NCBI GenBank assembly: GCA_045627925.1
Contig: JAZQOS010000075.1
Span: 4,938-68,937 of the forward strand
Reading direction: 5' to 3'
DNA from: Kiritimatiellia bacterium
GTDB lineage: Bacteria > Verrucomicrobiota > Kiritimatiellia > RFP12 > UBA1067
DNA: 64,000 nucleotides
Position numbers and translations under genes: made by a program. Numbering within the stretch: the stretch's first letter is position 1; every line of letters starts with the position of its first letter. The notes under the pieces are model-generated. The model saw nothing but the letters and a program-made list of their open reading frames with translations. It had not been told where the DNA came from and made no database searches. Positions 34,686 through 44,610 of the stretch are shown piece by piece.

Positions 34686-35273
34686 TTAGTAAGGAAGTTT
34701 GACCATGCCGCTAAAGCCCATGAACGCAAGAGACACGAGACCCGCGGTAACGAGCGCAACCGCGATCCCGCGAAAGGCGCGAGGTGGATCGGCGTGGGCG
34801 AGCTTTTCGCGAATCCCCGAGAAAATGACGAGCGCGAAGCCAAAGCCAAGTGCCGCCGCGAACGAGAAAAAGACCGACTCGAAGAATCCCGTGCCCTGCT
34901 TACAGTTAATTTCCGCGACGCCGAGCACCGCGCAATTGGTGGTAATCAGCGGTAGAAAGATTCCAAGCGCCGCATGAAGCGGCGGCAGGAAGCGCTTCAT
35001 CGCGATGTCGATGAACTGCACCAGCGCCGCGATGACCAGAATGAACGCGAGCGTGTGGATGTAGCCGAGACCGTTCGGCGCCAAGAGCCAGTGGTCGAGA
35101 CACCACGTAACTGCAGCGGCAATGGTCATTACGAACACCACCGCTCCGGACATTCCAAGCGCGGTCTCGATCTTTTTCGAAACCCCGAGGAACGGACAAC
35201 ACCCGAGGAAACGGCTCAACACGAAGTTGTTGACGAGCACCGCTCCCACCAGAATCATCAGAAAGTAGCTCAT
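34686..35273 (-). CDS. rnfA: Rnf electron transport complex subunit A
   Basis: From the Met at 35273: NNFVLSRFLGCCPFLGVS...GIFLPLITTNCAVLGVA is the RnfA (not RnfE) signature. Confidence 0.9.
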   Translation of the reverse strand: MSYFLMILVGAVLVNNFVLSRFLGCCPFLGVSKKIETALGMSGAVVFVMTIAAAVTWCLDHWLLAPNGLGYIHTLAFILVIAALVQFIDIAMKRFLPPLHAALGIFLPLITTNCAVLGVAEINCKQGTGFFESVFFSFAAALGFGFALVIFSGIREKLAHADPPRAFRGIAVALVTAGLVSLAFMGFSGMVKLPY

Positions 35274-35292
35274 ATCTACGGATATTATGGAT

Positions 35293-36087
35293 TTATTCGG
35301 AAACAATGTCAAGCGAAGACCAGTCGATCTCGCCGTCGAAAACCCGCTTTACGGGACCGGTCAGGGTAATCGACGAAAACGACTTGCCGTCGATTTTCGC
35401 GTCCACGACGAGTTCGTAGCCGTGAACCGTCTTCACCCTCACCGGAAACGAAAGGCCGTATTGCGCCACGCCCACGATCGCCGCCGCCACCGCGCCCGTG
35501 CCGCACGCACCGCTTTCCGCCTCCACGCCGCGCTCGTAAGTGCGGATGGAAACGCCGTGGGGCTTGCGAAAGCGAACGAAATCCACATTCGTGCCGTTCG
35601 GCGCGAATTCCGACGAGAGCCGAATTCGCCGCCCTTCGCCGTCGACGTCGGTTTTGGCGAGATTGGTTACGGGAACGATCTTGTGCGGAACTCCGCAAAC
35701 TACGTAATCGTCGCGCAAATCCTTTGGCGAGGGCATCCACACCTTTACCGAGTTCTCGTCCACGATTTCGGCGTCCACCATTCCCGCCATGGTCTCGAAG
35801 CGCATGGATTTACCGCCGACCGCACCAACGCTCGCGGCAAAGGCGGCGACGCATCTGGCGCCGTTGCCGCAAAGTTCGGCTTCGCTGCCGTCGGGATTGA
35901 AAAAGCGCATCTTGAAATCCGCCACCTTCGACGATTGCACCAATATCACTCCTTCACAACCGATTCCGGTATGCGCCGCCGACATTGCGGCGATGCGACG
36001 GTTGTCGTCCGGCACCTTCCCCTCGCGATCGTCGATCACGATGAAGTCGTTGCCTGCGCCGTGCATCTTCGTGAACTTGAGCTTCAT
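35293..36087 (-). CDS. dapF: Diaminopimelate epimerase
   Basis: MKLKFTKMHGAGNDFIVID...ELCGNGARC...SGACGTGA, with both catalytic Cys motifs. Confidence 0.9.
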   Translation of the reverse strand: MKLKFTKMHGAGNDFIVIDDREGKVPDDNRRIAAMSAAHTGIGCEGVILVQSSKVADFKMRFFNPDGSEAELCGNGARCVAAFAASVGAVGGKSMRFETMAGMVDAEIVDENSVKVWMPSPKDLRDDYVVCGVPHKIVPVTNLAKTDVDGEGRRIRLSSEFAPNGTNVDFVRFRKPHGVSIRTYERGVEAESGACGTGAVAAAIVGVAQYGLSFPVRVKTVHGYELVVDAKIDGKSFSSITLTGPVKRVFDGEIDWSSLDIVSE

Positions 36088-38132
36088 CAGAGCCACCATC
36101 CCCTCGGTTGCGGAATTTCCTCGCCGCCGGAAAGTCGAATCAAATCCGACAGAATGCGAAACGCCTCGTCGAGCACCACGTCGTCCTTCTTGCGCTCGTT
36201 GCGCCGGCGGCGCTTTTTGGCGATGGTCTCGTCGTCATCGTCCTCGCGTTCCTCGTCGTCCAGTTCGCTGAGTTCGCGATCGGCGACCATCATTGCCTTG
36301 CGCGCTTCGTATTCGAGCGGCACTTCCTCGCGCTCACCGAGCGCCTTCATCCCCTCGACGTTGCGAATGTGGGTTTGGTAGCGTTCGTCGTCCTTCAGCC
36401 GCGCGTTCGAAAGCTCGCGAAGCGTCGGCGCATACCGGTGCATATTCCAGCAAAGCCGATAGTCGGCGGGATTGATGCGAGAAAACGGCAAGGCGTAAGT
36501 AAGCTTGTCCTCGCCGATTTCCAGCGAATCCAGGAGCGACGGCAGATGAATGTCGGCGGCGACGCCTTCGAGTTGGGTGGAACGCCCGTCGACGCGGTAG
36601 AACCGCGCGGTCGTTACCTTGCAGGAGCCGTATTTGTCGGGCCCGAGCCCCATAACCGTCTGAACCGTACCCTTGCCGTGGGTACGACTGTCGCCGACGA
36701 CAATCGCCCGACCGGTATCCTGCAAATGGCCGGCGACGATCTCCGAGGCCGAGGCCGAGGCGCGATCGGTAAGAACGACGAGCGGCTTTCTGAAGGCGAC
36801 GGGATTGCCCGGAGGAATCGGCAACGCTCCCACCGTCCGCTGATCGCGAATCTGCACCACCGGGCCATTGGGTACAAATAGCGCCGAAAGCATCACCGCC
36901 TCGCGCAGCGAGCCGCCGCCGTCGCCGCGCAAATCGAGCACCATGCCCTGCACGTTTTCGCAGTTGAAGTCGGCGATCCACTTCGCGACGTCCATCGCGC
37001 AGCTGCGGAAACCCGGTTCGTCGGGACGCTTGTCCATCGTCCCGTAAAAGCCGGGCAGATAAACGTAACCGAGACGATTGGTAACGCCGCCGAGCGACAC
37101 CGTCTCCACGCGACCGGTCGCCGCCTGATCCTCGAGCTTGATCTCGTCGCGCACGAGCTCGACGAGCTTGGTCGTGGCGCCGCTCGGATCGGAGCGCGGA
37201 ATTATTTCCAGCGTAACGTGCGAACCCTTGCGCCCGCGAATCTTCTTGATGGACTTGCGCATCGGCTGCCAGGTTATGTCCTCCATCTCGCCGTCGCCTT
37301 CCTTGACGCCGATAATCTTGTCGCCTTCCTTGATGCGTCCGTCCACGTCAATCGGCCCGCCGACCATTACTTCCGCAATTTTTAGCGCCCCGTCGTCCAT
37401 CGTCAGCACCGCCCCCACGCCGCAAAGCGTAAGCGACATTTCCATGTCGAAGTCCTCCTTGGTCGCCGGCGACATGTAATCGGAATGCGGATCGTAGGCG
37501 CGGGAAAGCGCCGAAAGGTAGTTCTGCAAAACGCTTTCCGCGTCCGGCTCCATCAGGGCGATAGCGTACTGGCGATACTTCTTCACCAAATTCGCCACCG
37601 CATCGAGCCGATTGGTCGACTTGTCGAGCTCATGGGCGATTTGCGCAACCAGCAACTCGTTTTTCATCCGCTTGCGCCAATGCTCCTCCGCGTCTTCGCG
37701 GCTCTCCGGCCACGGCGCGTCCTTGCGCCTGATTCGGTAAGTTTCGTTGGTGGAAAAATCCCACTCCGCGCTGACGAGCAGATTGGTAGCGTAGTCGATA
37801 CGCTCCTTAAGCCGCTCGATGTAAAGATTGTAGACGTCGAAACCGAAGCTCGCGTCGCCCTTGCGGATTTCGTCGTCGAGCTTGCACTCCCGAGTCGCGA
37901 GACGTTCAAGGTCTTGCTTAAGGAAAACGGAATGGTCGAAGTCGTAGAAAGAAACGAGATTGGTCCACGCCCGACGAGACATCTCGTCGTCGAGCTGACG
38001 CTGGAGAACGTGCGAGGAAACCAGCGTATCCGACAATCGCTGGGCGATGCGCCCATCGTAATTGCGCGGCTCGAGATCGCCAAACGCAATTAGCGTCGCC
38101 ACCGAAGCCGTAAGGAAAATCAACATTTTCAT
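36087..38132 (-). CDS. prc: Tail-specific (C-terminal processing) protease, S41 family
   Basis: Signal peptide, a PDZ segment (GVGAVL...GGPIDVDGRIKEGDKIIGV) and an S41 core (VVLTDRASASASEIVAGHLQD...GDSRTHGKGTVQ). Confidence 0.9.
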   Translation of the reverse strand: MKMLIFLTASVATLIAFGDLEPRNYDGRIAQRLSDTLVSSHVLQRQLDDEMSRRAWTNLVSFYDFDHSVFLKQDLERLATRECKLDDEIRKGDASFGFDVYNLYIERLKERIDYATNLLVSAEWDFSTNETYRIRRKDAPWPESREDAEEHWRKRMKNELLVAQIAHELDKSTNRLDAVANLVKKYRQYAIALMEPDAESVLQNYLSALSRAYDPHSDYMSPATKEDFDMEMSLTLCGVGAVLTMDDGALKIAEVMVGGPIDVDGRIKEGDKIIGVKEGDGEMEDITWQPMRKSIKKIRGRKGSHVTLEIIPRSDPSGATTKLVELVRDEIKLEDQAATGRVETVSLGGVTNRLGYVYLPGFYGTMDKRPDEPGFRSCAMDVAKWIADFNCENVQGMVLDLRGDGGGSLREAVMLSALFVPNGPVVQIRDQRTVGALPIPPGNPVAFRKPLVVLTDRASASASEIVAGHLQDTGRAIVVGDSRTHGKGTVQTVMGLGPDKYGSCKVTTARFYRVDGRSTQLEGVAADIHLPSLLDSLEIGEDKLTYALPFSRINPADYRLCWNMHRYAPTLRELSNARLKDDERYQTHIRNVEGMKALGEREEVPLEYEARKAMMVADRELSELDDEEREDDDDETIAKKRRRRNERKKDDVVLDEAFRILSDLIRLSGGEEIPQPRGWWL

Positions 38133-38803
38133 CGTTCGCTCTCCATAAGTCTGACGAGACGCTCCAGCTCCGCCGGCGGCAACACCACGCGCTCGGTGTC
38201 GAAGCTTTCGCGTAAGTGACTGGAATTCAAGATAACCGCTCCGCGATATTCGGCGATTTTCGCCTCGAACGTATCGGAGGCGAAGGCGAGCACCGGAGTG
38301 ACGACGCCAATGAATCCGCTTTTCGCAAGCTCTTCGCGCACCGCGTCGGCTTCGCGCAAGACCTGGGCGATTGGCGAACGGTCCGGCAACTTGCCGCTCA
38401 ACAAAATATATCCGTCCTCAATCGTCACCTTGCCGTTCCAATACTTGGTTTCGATCGCAAACACTCCCGCCGGCCCGACGACCACGTGATCGACATGGCG
38501 TCCACAGGCCACAAAATCGTTGAATACGCGATAGGTGTCGGGCAGCGTTTTCAGAATGCCGGCGACCCGTTCCTCGCCGCGCGCTCCTTTGTAAAAACTC
38601 TCGACGCGATGCAAGCCCTTCACCAGCATCCAGCCGCTGAACATCATCGCCAACACCAGGAAGATCGCGCCCCAAAGCGCCGAAACGAGCATCGTCGCCA
38701 ACGCAAAACCACAAACGAACACGCCGAGAAAAAGCGGCAGAAGACCGATTACCGTCCCCTTGACGCGCGCCCACTCTCCGGCTACTCCGTGTTCCCTAGC
38801 CAT
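38129..38803 (-). CDS. Membrane-anchored NERD (nuclease-related domain) protein
   Basis: Two N-terminal TM helices, then GEERVAGILKTLPDTYRVFNDF...VDHVVVGPAGVFAIETKYWNG (NERD core). It overlaps both neighbours. Confidence 0.8.
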   Translation of the reverse strand: MAREHGVAGEWARVKGTVIGLLPLFLGVFVCGFALATMLVSALWGAIFLVLAMMFSGWMLVKGLHRVESFYKGARGEERVAGILKTLPDTYRVFNDFVACGRHVDHVVVGPAGVFAIETKYWNGKVTIEDGYILLSGKLPDRSPIAQVLREADAVREELAKSGFIGVVTPVLAFASDTFEAKIAEYRGAVILNSSHLRESFDTERVVLPPAELERLVRLMESER

Positions 38804-40487
38804 TCAACGCCTCCGTTATCGAATCCGCGTCGAACCCGTACTTTCGCTCGAGCTCGGCTACCGTGCCATGCGGAATGAACTCGTCCGGCCAACCGAATCG
38901 CCGATCCGCTTGAATCACTTCGCCGAAGCCACCGACGATCGAGCCGTTCTCGATTGACACGATGCGCATTCCTCTCGCGCGCTGACGCTTCAAAAGTTCT
39001 CCGTCGAACGGCTTTAGATATCGCGCATGCACTACCTCGGCGCCGATTCTCCGCGCGACCACGTTCGCCTTTTCAATTTGGTCGCCGGTAGCCCAAATGG
39101 CGGTGGCGGCGGCAGAAGCAACCAGCGGCTCCACCGACTCGGGAGCCTTGCCGCGCGGATAGCGAATCACCGTCGGTCCGTTGCGGGAAATCGCCTCCAA
39201 CAAAAGCGCTTTCAAATCCACCGCGTCCTTCGGCTGGCAAATCGTCAAATTGGGAATCGAGCGCAAATAGGCGATATCGAACACTCCCTGGTGCGTGACC
39301 CCGTCCGCGCCGACCACGCCCGCCCGATCTACGCAAAATACGACCGGCAAATTGGAAATCGCCACATCGTGCACCACTTGGTCGAAGGCGCGCTGCAAAA
39401 ACGTGGAATAGACCGCGACGACCGGACGCATTCCGCCTGCGGCCAACCCCGCCGCCAACGAAACCATGTGTCCTTCGGCAATGCCGACGTCGAAGATTCT
39501 GGTCGGATGCGCCTCGGCGAAACGGACAAGACCCGTACCGTCCTTCATCGCCGCAGTCAACGCAACCACCCGACGATCATTGTCGGCGATTTCCAAAAGC
39601 GCCTCGCCGAACGCCTCCGACCAACCGCGACTCGACGGAGCCAAGGAATCCTTCTTCGCGGGACCGATTCCGTGATAGTAAGTCGGATCGTTCTCCGCCG
39701 GCGCGTAACCGCGACCTTTTTTCGTCACCACGTGCACCAGCACGCTACGCTTATCTTCCTTCGCGACCGTGAATGCGTTCTTCAGCGCTTCGAGATCGTG
39801 TCCATCCACCGGTCCGATGTAGCGAATCGAAAAGCGCTCGAAAAAGGCGTTGCCCAAAAAGAGCGCCTTCAGTCGGCTCTCCGCCTTGTGGTAGATATCG
39901 CGCAAAAAGGTAAGCCGCAACCGATGACCCGCGTTCTCCGCCGCAATCTTCACGCGATTGTAGCGCACATTGGTGATGATTCGACCAAGCAACTTGGCGA
40001 AACTGCCGGTCGGACGGGAAATGCTCATTTCATTGTCGTTCAAAATGACAATCAGCTTCTTCGTCTCCGTGGCGCAATTATTGAGCGCCTCGAAACTGTG
40101 TCCGTTCGCCATCGACGCATCGCCCACCACCGCCACCACGTGCTCGTCCGTACCCCTGAGATCACGGGCCGCCGCCAACCCGAGCGCTACCGAAAGCGCA
40201 CTGCCGGCGTGTCCGGAAATCGCCGCATCGGCAATGCTTTCCGCAGGATTCGGGAAAGGCGAAAGTCCGTCCAGTTTGCGCAAAGTGTCGAATCGATCGT
40301 CGCGACCAGTGAGAATCTTCCACGCATACGCCTGATGCCCGACGTCCCAGATTATGCGATCCTTCTTCGCGTCGAAGACCTCGTTTAACGCCATCGCGAT
40401 CTCCACCGCCCCCAACGAGGAAGCGAGATGCCCGCCGTTGCGCAAGACGACGTCGATAATGCGTTTTCTGATCTCGGCGGCGTTCAT
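38796..40487 (-). CDS. dxs: 1-deoxy-D-xylulose-5-phosphate synthase
   Basis: GGHLASSLGAVEI..ALN.VF....DRIIWDVGHQAYAWKILTGR, GDASMANG and the transketolase-like C-terminus. The start is at 40487 (ATGA overlap with the upstream gene), which gives a short N-terminus. Confidence 0.9.
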   Translation of the reverse strand: MNAAEIRKRIIDVVLRNGGHLASSLGAVEIAMALNEVFDAKKDRIIWDVGHQAYAWKILTGRDDRFDTLRKLDGLSPFPNPAESIADAAISGHAGSALSVALGLAAARDLRGTDEHVVAVVGDASMANGHSFEALNNCATETKKLIVILNDNEMSISRPTGSFAKLLGRIITNVRYNRVKIAAENAGHRLRLTFLRDIYHKAESRLKALFLGNAFFERFSIRYIGPVDGHDLEALKNAFTVAKEDKRSVLVHVVTKKGRGYAPAENDPTYYHGIGPAKKDSLAPSSRGWSEAFGEALLEIADNDRRVVALTAAMKDGTGLVRFAEAHPTRIFDVGIAEGHMVSLAAGLAAGGMRPVVAVYSTFLQRAFDQVVHDVAISNLPVVFCVDRAGVVGADGVTHQGVFDIAYLRSIPNLTICQPKDAVDLKALLLEAISRNGPTVIRYPRGKAPESVEPLVASAAATAIWATGDQIEKANVVARRIGAEVVHARYLKPFDGELLKRQRARGMRIVSIENGSIVGGFGEVIQADRRFGWPDEFIPHGTVAELERKYGFDADSITEALNG

Positions 40488-41881
40488 TTGCGTTTCAAAA
40501 TCAGCAAGGTAGTAGAATTCTGTCCGAAGTTCTCCATTCGCTCGACGAGGCGATAGCGCTCCTTCAATAACTCCCAGTATTCCATCTGTTTTTCGAGCGG
40601 ACGCTCGTCGCACTTCGGCGGATTGACGGCGAAAGTATAGCCGGAAAGCGCGGCGACCGCGCACTCGTCCGGCGCCGTTTCCGAAAGGAGTTTACGCCAC
40701 TCCGCGTCCGTCAGCGTCGCGAACGGTCCCATTTCCAAGCCTTTCGGCACCGCACGACCGGTCTCGATGGCGAGATAGAGATCTTGAGTAAGAAGCGTCT
40801 TTCCGCTTGGATCGGCCTTTTCGATTACCCTTGCGGCGGCGCGGAGACCTGCGAGTTCGGTCCGGTCCTTCCCCATCGTCCAGAAGCGATCCAGCCCGTC
40901 GGTGGTCCATTTCTCCAAAAGCGGCGAGCCGAAGGCGCAGGCGAACGCGAGACCAAGCGTCAAAAGTTCGACACGTTGCGACTTTACGTTAAGAACGGCG
41001 AATACGGCAAGTAGCGCCATAATCGGCGCTTGGTAATCGTCGTAGGGGCAAGGCGAGAGAAATTGAACTGCGAACACCGCAATAAACGAAACGAGCAAAA
41101 GCCGATTGCGCTTGAAATCTCCAAGTCCCAGCAAAATGAAAATCGGCAAATACCATCTGACGAGTCGGCTTAACGATCCGACCTTGCCGAAAAGTCCCAT
41201 CCCTTCGCGCGAGAGATGATAATCGATTAGGCAGGATTTTATCGCCCCGAAGTCGATAACGGCGAACGGCAAAAAGATCAGCGCAAGCGCCGCGAGCGCA
41301 CCGACGACAAAGGCAATGGTCGCTTTGAGGTTCCGTCGCCAAAGCAAATACGCGCCAACAATCGGCAGCAAGATTCCGAACGAAAGACGCGTTCCCGTCG
41401 CCAAGGCAAGCGCGATTCCGACGAGCCAATAATAGCGAGCGAACGAAAGGACGTAAAACCCGATCAGAACGAAAATCGCCGAAAGCGCGTACGCCTTCGG
41501 AATCGCCAAATAGTAAATGTGGTAAAGATTGAGCGCCAGAAGGACGAAAACGAGAAAAAACGCCTTCTCACGATGCTCCTCGTCGGCCAATCGACGCGCG
41601 AAGAGCGCCGCGAAAACGATACCGACGAACCCAAGGGTAAGCGTGAAAATCCGCGCTCCCAGAATTCCTCCGTTCCTCCAGACGAAGGCGAAAACGGAAT
41701 AAAAGTATGGCATCACCGGCCCTTGGGTGAAATCGAACTCTACGTAGGGAACCTTCCCCGCGGCAACGAGATTCGCCGCATAAAGATACCAACCCTCGTC
41801 TTGATTGAGCGCGCCCATCCACACCGCCGCAAAGGCGAGGACGAAGAATGCCACTATCGCCAGTAGCCAATATCGTTTCAT
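40484..41881 (-). CDS. GT-C fold membrane glycosyltransferase (family 39 / ArnT-PMT-like)
   Basis: Polytopic membrane protein. N-terminus is MKRYWLLAIVAFFVLAFAAVWMGALNQDEGWYLYAA, with a DE motif in the first loop. Confidence 0.75.
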   Translation of the reverse strand: MKRYWLLAIVAFFVLAFAAVWMGALNQDEGWYLYAANLVAAGKVPYVEFDFTQGPVMPYFYSVFAFVWRNGGILGARIFTLTLGFVGIVFAALFARRLADEEHREKAFFLVFVLLALNLYHIYYLAIPKAYALSAIFVLIGFYVLSFARYYWLVGIALALATGTRLSFGILLPIVGAYLLWRRNLKATIAFVVGALAALALIFLPFAVIDFGAIKSCLIDYHLSREGMGLFGKVGSLSRLVRWYLPIFILLGLGDFKRNRLLLVSFIAVFAVQFLSPCPYDDYQAPIMALLAVFAVLNVKSQRVELLTLGLAFACAFGSPLLEKWTTDGLDRFWTMGKDRTELAGLRAAARVIEKADPSGKTLLTQDLYLAIETGRAVPKGLEMGPFATLTDAEWRKLLSETAPDECAVAALSGYTFAVNPPKCDERPLEKQMEYWELLKERYRLVERMENFGQNSTTLLILKRK

Positions 41882-42927
41882 TCCCCGACCTCCAGACAAG
41901 GGTTAACATCGAGTTCCATCGCGTCCGCTACGTGGTTGCGCCGATAGTAGGCAAGCGCCGCAATCATCGCGCCGTTGTCGCCGCAAAACTTTGGCTTCGC
42001 CGTCAAAAACTCGACCCGCGCCTCGTTCGCGACCTCAGCGAGCACCGCGCGAAGCCGGGAATTGAGCGACACGCCGCCGCCGAGGATGAAAGCCCGATAA
42101 ACGCGACGCTTGAGCGCCGTGCGCGTACGATCGGCGACCGCTTGCACAATCGCCTCCTGATAGGACGCTACCACCTGCGGAATCTCGTCCGTGGACGGAT
42201 GCCGAGTCTGAACGTATCGCAGTAAAGCGGTCTTGAGCCCAGAGAACGAAACGCAAAGTTCCGCCGGTAGCCCCGCAAGCGCCGACACGCCATCACGCGG
42301 ACGCCCCTTCGGAAAGGGAACGAGTTCGGGATTATGAGAAGCAAGATACTCCTTCGCGATTCGATCCACGATCGGCCCACCGGGATACCCAAGCCCCAGC
42401 AATTTCGCCGCCTTGTCGAACGCCTCGCCGGCGGCGTCGTCCAACGTCTGACCGATAATCTCGTATTTTCCGTATTCCGGCATATCCACCCAATTGGTAT
42501 GCCCGCCGGAAATTGCGAGACCCAACGCCGGCATCGCTTCGACGGGATCGCACGCGTTCGGTCGCTCGCCGGCGTCGTAAAGAAACGGCGTGTGCAAGTG
42601 GGCTTCGATGTGGTTAATGCCGATAAGCTCCACTCCCAAACCCTTCGCGATCCCCTTCGCGGCGTTAAGCCCGACGATCAGCGCCGGCGAAAGCCCCGGC
42701 CCGTAAGTGACCGCGACCGCGTCCACCTTGCGTTCGCCGAGCGCGGCGCGAACCACCTCGCCGATTTTCTCGACGTGCGCCCGGGAAGCGACTTCCGGTA
42801 CTACGCCGCCGTAGGGCTGATGCAACGGAATCTGGGTATAAACGACATTCGAGACGACCTCGCGTCCGTCGCGCACAATTGCGGCGGCGGTTTCATCGCA
42901 ACTCGTCTCGATGCCGAGAATATCCAT
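41878..42927 (-). CDS. tsaD: tRNA N6-adenosine threonylcarbamoyltransferase
   Basis: MDILGIETSCDETAAAIV...VASRAH...GGHT...GGVSLN. Confidence 0.92.
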   Translation of the reverse strand: MDILGIETSCDETAAAIVRDGREVVSNVVYTQIPLHQPYGGVVPEVASRAHVEKIGEVVRAALGERKVDAVAVTYGPGLSPALIVGLNAAKGIAKGLGVELIGINHIEAHLHTPFLYDAGERPNACDPVEAMPALGLAISGGHTNWVDMPEYGKYEIIGQTLDDAAGEAFDKAAKLLGLGYPGGPIVDRIAKEYLASHNPELVPFPKGRPRDGVSALAGLPAELCVSFSGLKTALLRYVQTRHPSTDEIPQVVASYQEAIVQAVADRTRTALKRRVYRAFILGGGVSLNSRLRAVLAEVANEARVEFLTAKPKFCGDNGAMIAALAYYRRNHVADAMELDVNPCLEVGE

Positions 42928-42928
42928 C

Positions 42929-43756
42929 TTACCAAAACTTCCACCAGGGGTTGGACTTCGGCTTGACCCCGCCTTCCTTGTAAAGCTCTCTAACCCGCTC
43001 GGTTCCGGCGACTTCCGGATCCTGTACCGCCTCGCGCTTACGATACTCAAGCGCATCCGGCAACGACCAGAACTCGCTACGTACGAATTGGTCTTGGTTG
43101 AGCCGATGCAAGACCACGATCTCGCCGCTCGCGAGCACGCTGATTGACGGAGGGTCAATGCGCAAAATAGGCCCCAAATCGCGCGTCTCCCAACGCTTCA
43201 CGCTATTGCCCGCGTCGCGGGATTTCAAAAACACGTGTTCGCTGTGCTTGCGCATCCAGTACACCAGCTCGAACTCGCGCTGAAGTCCGCGTCGGTTGGA
43301 GAACATCTGCATCGCGCTGGTGACATGGATGCCGGCGATGATGTCGAACGCCCGAAGCTGACCCTCGTAACGTACCCCGCCGTGCGCGAGCACCGGACGC
43401 GCGAGATACCGCCCGGTTTCCTGCAAGGCGTAATGATCACCGAGAAACGTTTCGAGTTTCTGTCCTTCGCCGGATTCGATGACGAACGTCGCCACAAACG
43501 GTCCGTTCGAGACCTTGGTCAGTTGCGTCATATCGTTCGCGCGAAAAACCTCGATGAAAAAGCGATCTTCCGAATTGGAATAGCCGTAGCTCACCTTGTC
43601 CGGAGATGAGTTCGCGATATTGACAACTCCTCGCACACGCTCGCCGACAATGAAGTCGGAATTGTCCAATCTAAGGTCGACGCTGATTTCGCTCGTTTCC
43701 GCAAACGCCATTCCCGCAAATGCCGCGACGATTGGAAGTAGAAGGATTCGCTTCAT
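42929..43756 (-). CDS. Secreted hypothetical protein
   Basis: From the Met at 43756: signal peptide MKRILLLPIVAAFAGMAFA. No recognisable family. Confidence 0.7.
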   Translation of the reverse strand: MKRILLLPIVAAFAGMAFAETSEISVDLRLDNSDFIVGERVRGVVNIANSSPDKVSYGYSNSEDRFFIEVFRANDMTQLTKVSNGPFVATFVIESGEGQKLETFLGDHYALQETGRYLARPVLAHGGVRYEGQLRAFDIIAGIHVTSAMQMFSNRRGLQREFELVYWMRKHSEHVFLKSRDAGNSVKRWETRDLGPILRIDPPSISVLASGEIVVLHRLNQDQFVRSEFWSLPDALEYRKREAVQDPEVAGTERVRELYKEGGVKPKSNPWWKFW

Positions 43757-43770
43757 TCGTATTCGTCCTT

Positions 43771-44610
43771 TCAAATGTTTATTTCCAGACCGTCGTAAGC
43801 CGGCTCGACGTTTGTCCCAACAAGCTTCGCAAGCCATTCCGCATGGGTGAGATCGTGGCACATGTGCGTAAGATACGCCTTCTTGGGAGCAATCTTCTTA
43901 AGATATTCGAGCGCCCGCTCAAGCGTCAGATGAGTGGGATGTTGGCGTTCGCGCAAACAGTTGATTACCATTACGTCAGCCCCGCGCAATTTACCCACCG
44001 CCGCATCTTCGATATCATGGCAATCACTCACGTATCCGATTCTCGCATCCTCTCCCTTGGCGGAAATCATATACCCGCAACATGGAAAACCGTGCTCCAC
44101 CATCAACCGCTCGAAACGCAAATCACCGACTTCGAACTCGTCGTCGGGTACGAAATTGATCATCGGTCGATACAGCCCGTTCTTTCCGCCTTCCCGCCCG
44201 ATATACGGAAAAATCTTGTGCATCTGGTCGATGGTCTCGCGCATTGCATAGCAGTTCATCGGCCGACCGATTATCCTAAACGAGCGTCCATTCGCGCCCG
44301 GAGAGGCGGGATCGCACTCCACGCGCTCGCCGTTGAGCGTATTGAACCGGCGAACGTCGTCGAACGCCGCGACATGATCCATGTGCGCGTGGGTAAGCGC
44401 GACCGCATCCACCTTGTCGATCCCCGCCTCAACGCAGGCGAGCCGCAATTCCGGCGGCGTGTCGATCAATACCGCCGACCCCTTTGAACGCACATAAGCG
44501 CCGCATCGGCGGCGCTTGTCGCGGGGGTCGGTCGAGGTGCAGACCTTGCATTGACAACCGATCTGCGGAACCCCAACCGAAGTCCCGGTTCCTAAAAAGC
44601 GGAACGTCAC
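43771..44610 (-). CDS. MBL-fold metallo-hydrolase (PhnP-like)
   Basis: FLGTGTSVGVPQIGCQCKVC Cys cluster and the THAHMDH metal motif. Confidence 0.85.
   Translation of the reverse strand: MTFRFLGTGTSVGVPQIGCQCKVCTSTDPRDKRRRCGAYVRSKGSAVLIDTPPELRLACVEAGIDKVDAVALTHAHMDHVAAFDDVRRFNTLNGERVECDPASPGANGRSFRIIGRPMNCYAMRETIDQMHKIFPYIGREGGKNGLYRPMINFVPDDEFEVGDLRFERLMVEHGFPCCGYMISAKGEDARIGYVSDCHDIEDAAVGKLRGADVMVINCLRERQHPTHLTLERALEYLKKIAPKKAYLTHMCHDLTHAEWLAKLVGTNVEPAYDGLEINI

Noticed and set aside
40484-40664. Longer dxs start (ORF-track Met at 40664)
   Set aside because: The extra 59 residues are Arg-rich and overlap the C-terminus of the upstream glycosyltransferase gene. The Met at 40487 gives an ATGA junction and begins just before the conserved GGHLASSLG region.
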